Source of the DNA: Geosiphon pyriformis uo1
Taxonomy: Eukaryota; Fungi; Glomeromycota
Assembly: GCA_016748015.1 (NCBI GenBank)
Contig: JAAOMT010000151.1
Location: 124,001-188,000 of the forward strand
Direction: 5' to 3'
Length of the DNA: 64,000 bases
In this document: positions 62,932 to 64,000 of the stretch, one piece after another
How the letters are laid out: every line of letters begins with the position of its first letter
Numbering within the stretch: the first letter of the stretch is position 1
Program-made: the position numbers and the translations under genes
The notes under the pieces: model-generated
Told to the model about the DNA's origin: nothing
The model's input: the letters and a program-made list of their open reading frames with translations, nothing else
Databases searched by the model: none

Positions 62932-63777
62932 TTGCGAAATTGTTCGCAATTCGACATAACCCGAGGTCCCCAATGTCTACGAACTTTTCACTAAATTGTA
63001 GGATGTTGCCAGAGTGTATGTCACGATGAACCATACCAGAAGAATGAATTGAATCAAGTCCAAAAGCTATACGCAGCGCGATCGATAATTTTATCTTCCC
63101 AATTCGTAGAATGAAAATTTGTTGTTAAGAATTTTCGCATCTCTCTATGTTCGGCAAACTTCATCACAATTCCATAATCGAGCGTTTCAGGGTTTTGCGT
63201 AATCCCCCATATTGAAGAAATATAAACCAAGTACCCACATAACTCTTTCAATATTTAACTATAAATTAAGTAAATAGATATAAAAAATACAAGTCAATTA
63301 AATAACTAGAAGATTTGTTATTTGGGTTCGCTTGTGGTGGTGGATATATAAATATAAATACTACTTTGTTTCACTTCTTTTACTATTCTTTATAATTTTT
63401 ATTGCTACTTCATATTCCATTTCACCATGATGTTTTATACTCTCCGTACGAATCATTCCATCAATTAGGGTTGTTTTATAAATTATACCGAACCCTCCTC
63501 TAGCAATATCTTTGACACTCGACAAACGCTCTCATGGAATCCAAGAATAATAACTAAATCTACCATTAGTGAGTTTACTAAATTCATCTTTAGGTGGAAC
63601 ATAGATTGGATACTTAATTATTTCGTCAACTACTTTATTACCGCTTGGGAAGTCCCGGTAAAATTTTTCAAAAAATATGCACTACAATAATTATTATAAT
63701 TATTATCCTTAATGCACTTTTGACTCGTTGCAATCATGAGCGTCTGGACGAGTTCTTTTAATTTCTTTGTTTTCCAT
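62450..63777 (-). pseudogene. Tyrosine-kinase-like protein kinase pseudogene (Glomeromycotina-type, DLG)
   Basis: IARGGFG, WGITQNP, VHRDIHSGNIL, GDLGL, FGVIPYI and GIRP..CWDANPENRP. In-frame stops and frameshifts. The 5' boundary is uncertain. Confidence 0.82.
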
Positions 63778-64000
63778 GGTGTGGATGAATATCTGGACTG
63801 CAACTAGAATAAAGCCTTCAGAGAAGAAGCATAACGCCTCACTCCTTGTTGTAGCAATAGCATAAAGCCCCCGTGGTGCTTTGAAGGAACTCAACCCAGC
63901 CATTATACCAAACATTCCTTCTGAGAGAACAGCATGGCTGGGCCACAACGAGCATAAAGCGCGAGTAGAGGCATAAAGCTTCCACTGTGTTATGGGAATA

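Noticed and set aside
63709-63948. 79-aa ORF at the window end
   Set aside because: No recognisable family. Its 3' part may be the broken N-terminus of the kinase pseudogene.

Overview
This is eukaryotic fungal DNA, intron-rich and AT-rich. The gene set (DET1, FANCE, HEATR6, DLG-type TKL kinase) and the TE families look like Glomeromycotina/Mucoromycota and resemble Geosiphon-like Archaeosporales; the taxon is my inference. The window has two compartments. (1) About 1.3-45.0 kb is a CpG-depleted, transition-riddled TE block. It holds a four-level nest of Ty3/Gypsy elements: old element E (-) contains solo LTR D, which contains dUTPase-bearing element A (+), which contains element B (-) in its pol and element C (-) in its 3' LTR. 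The four resolvable insertions (D, A, B, C) have 4-bp TSDs. The block also holds a remnant of a third Ty3 family (F) and a full-length decayed LINE with RNase H. (2) Host genes: FAM192A/Fyv6 at the left edge; DET1, HEATR6, FANCE-like, FAF1/C1orf131-like, VPS39 and a kinase pseudogene on the right. The most notable signals are: a homologous non-env third ORF between integrase and the 3' LTR in all three Ty3 families; RIP-like C:G>T:A hypermutation restricted to repeats; a tandem, covarying structured RNA motif in the LTR of element A; a U_UUA_AAC -1 frameshift site in family B/C/E; dUTPase plus Cys-rich inserts in pol; and a variable 12-bp U3 repeat array. All alignments and counts were made by eye.
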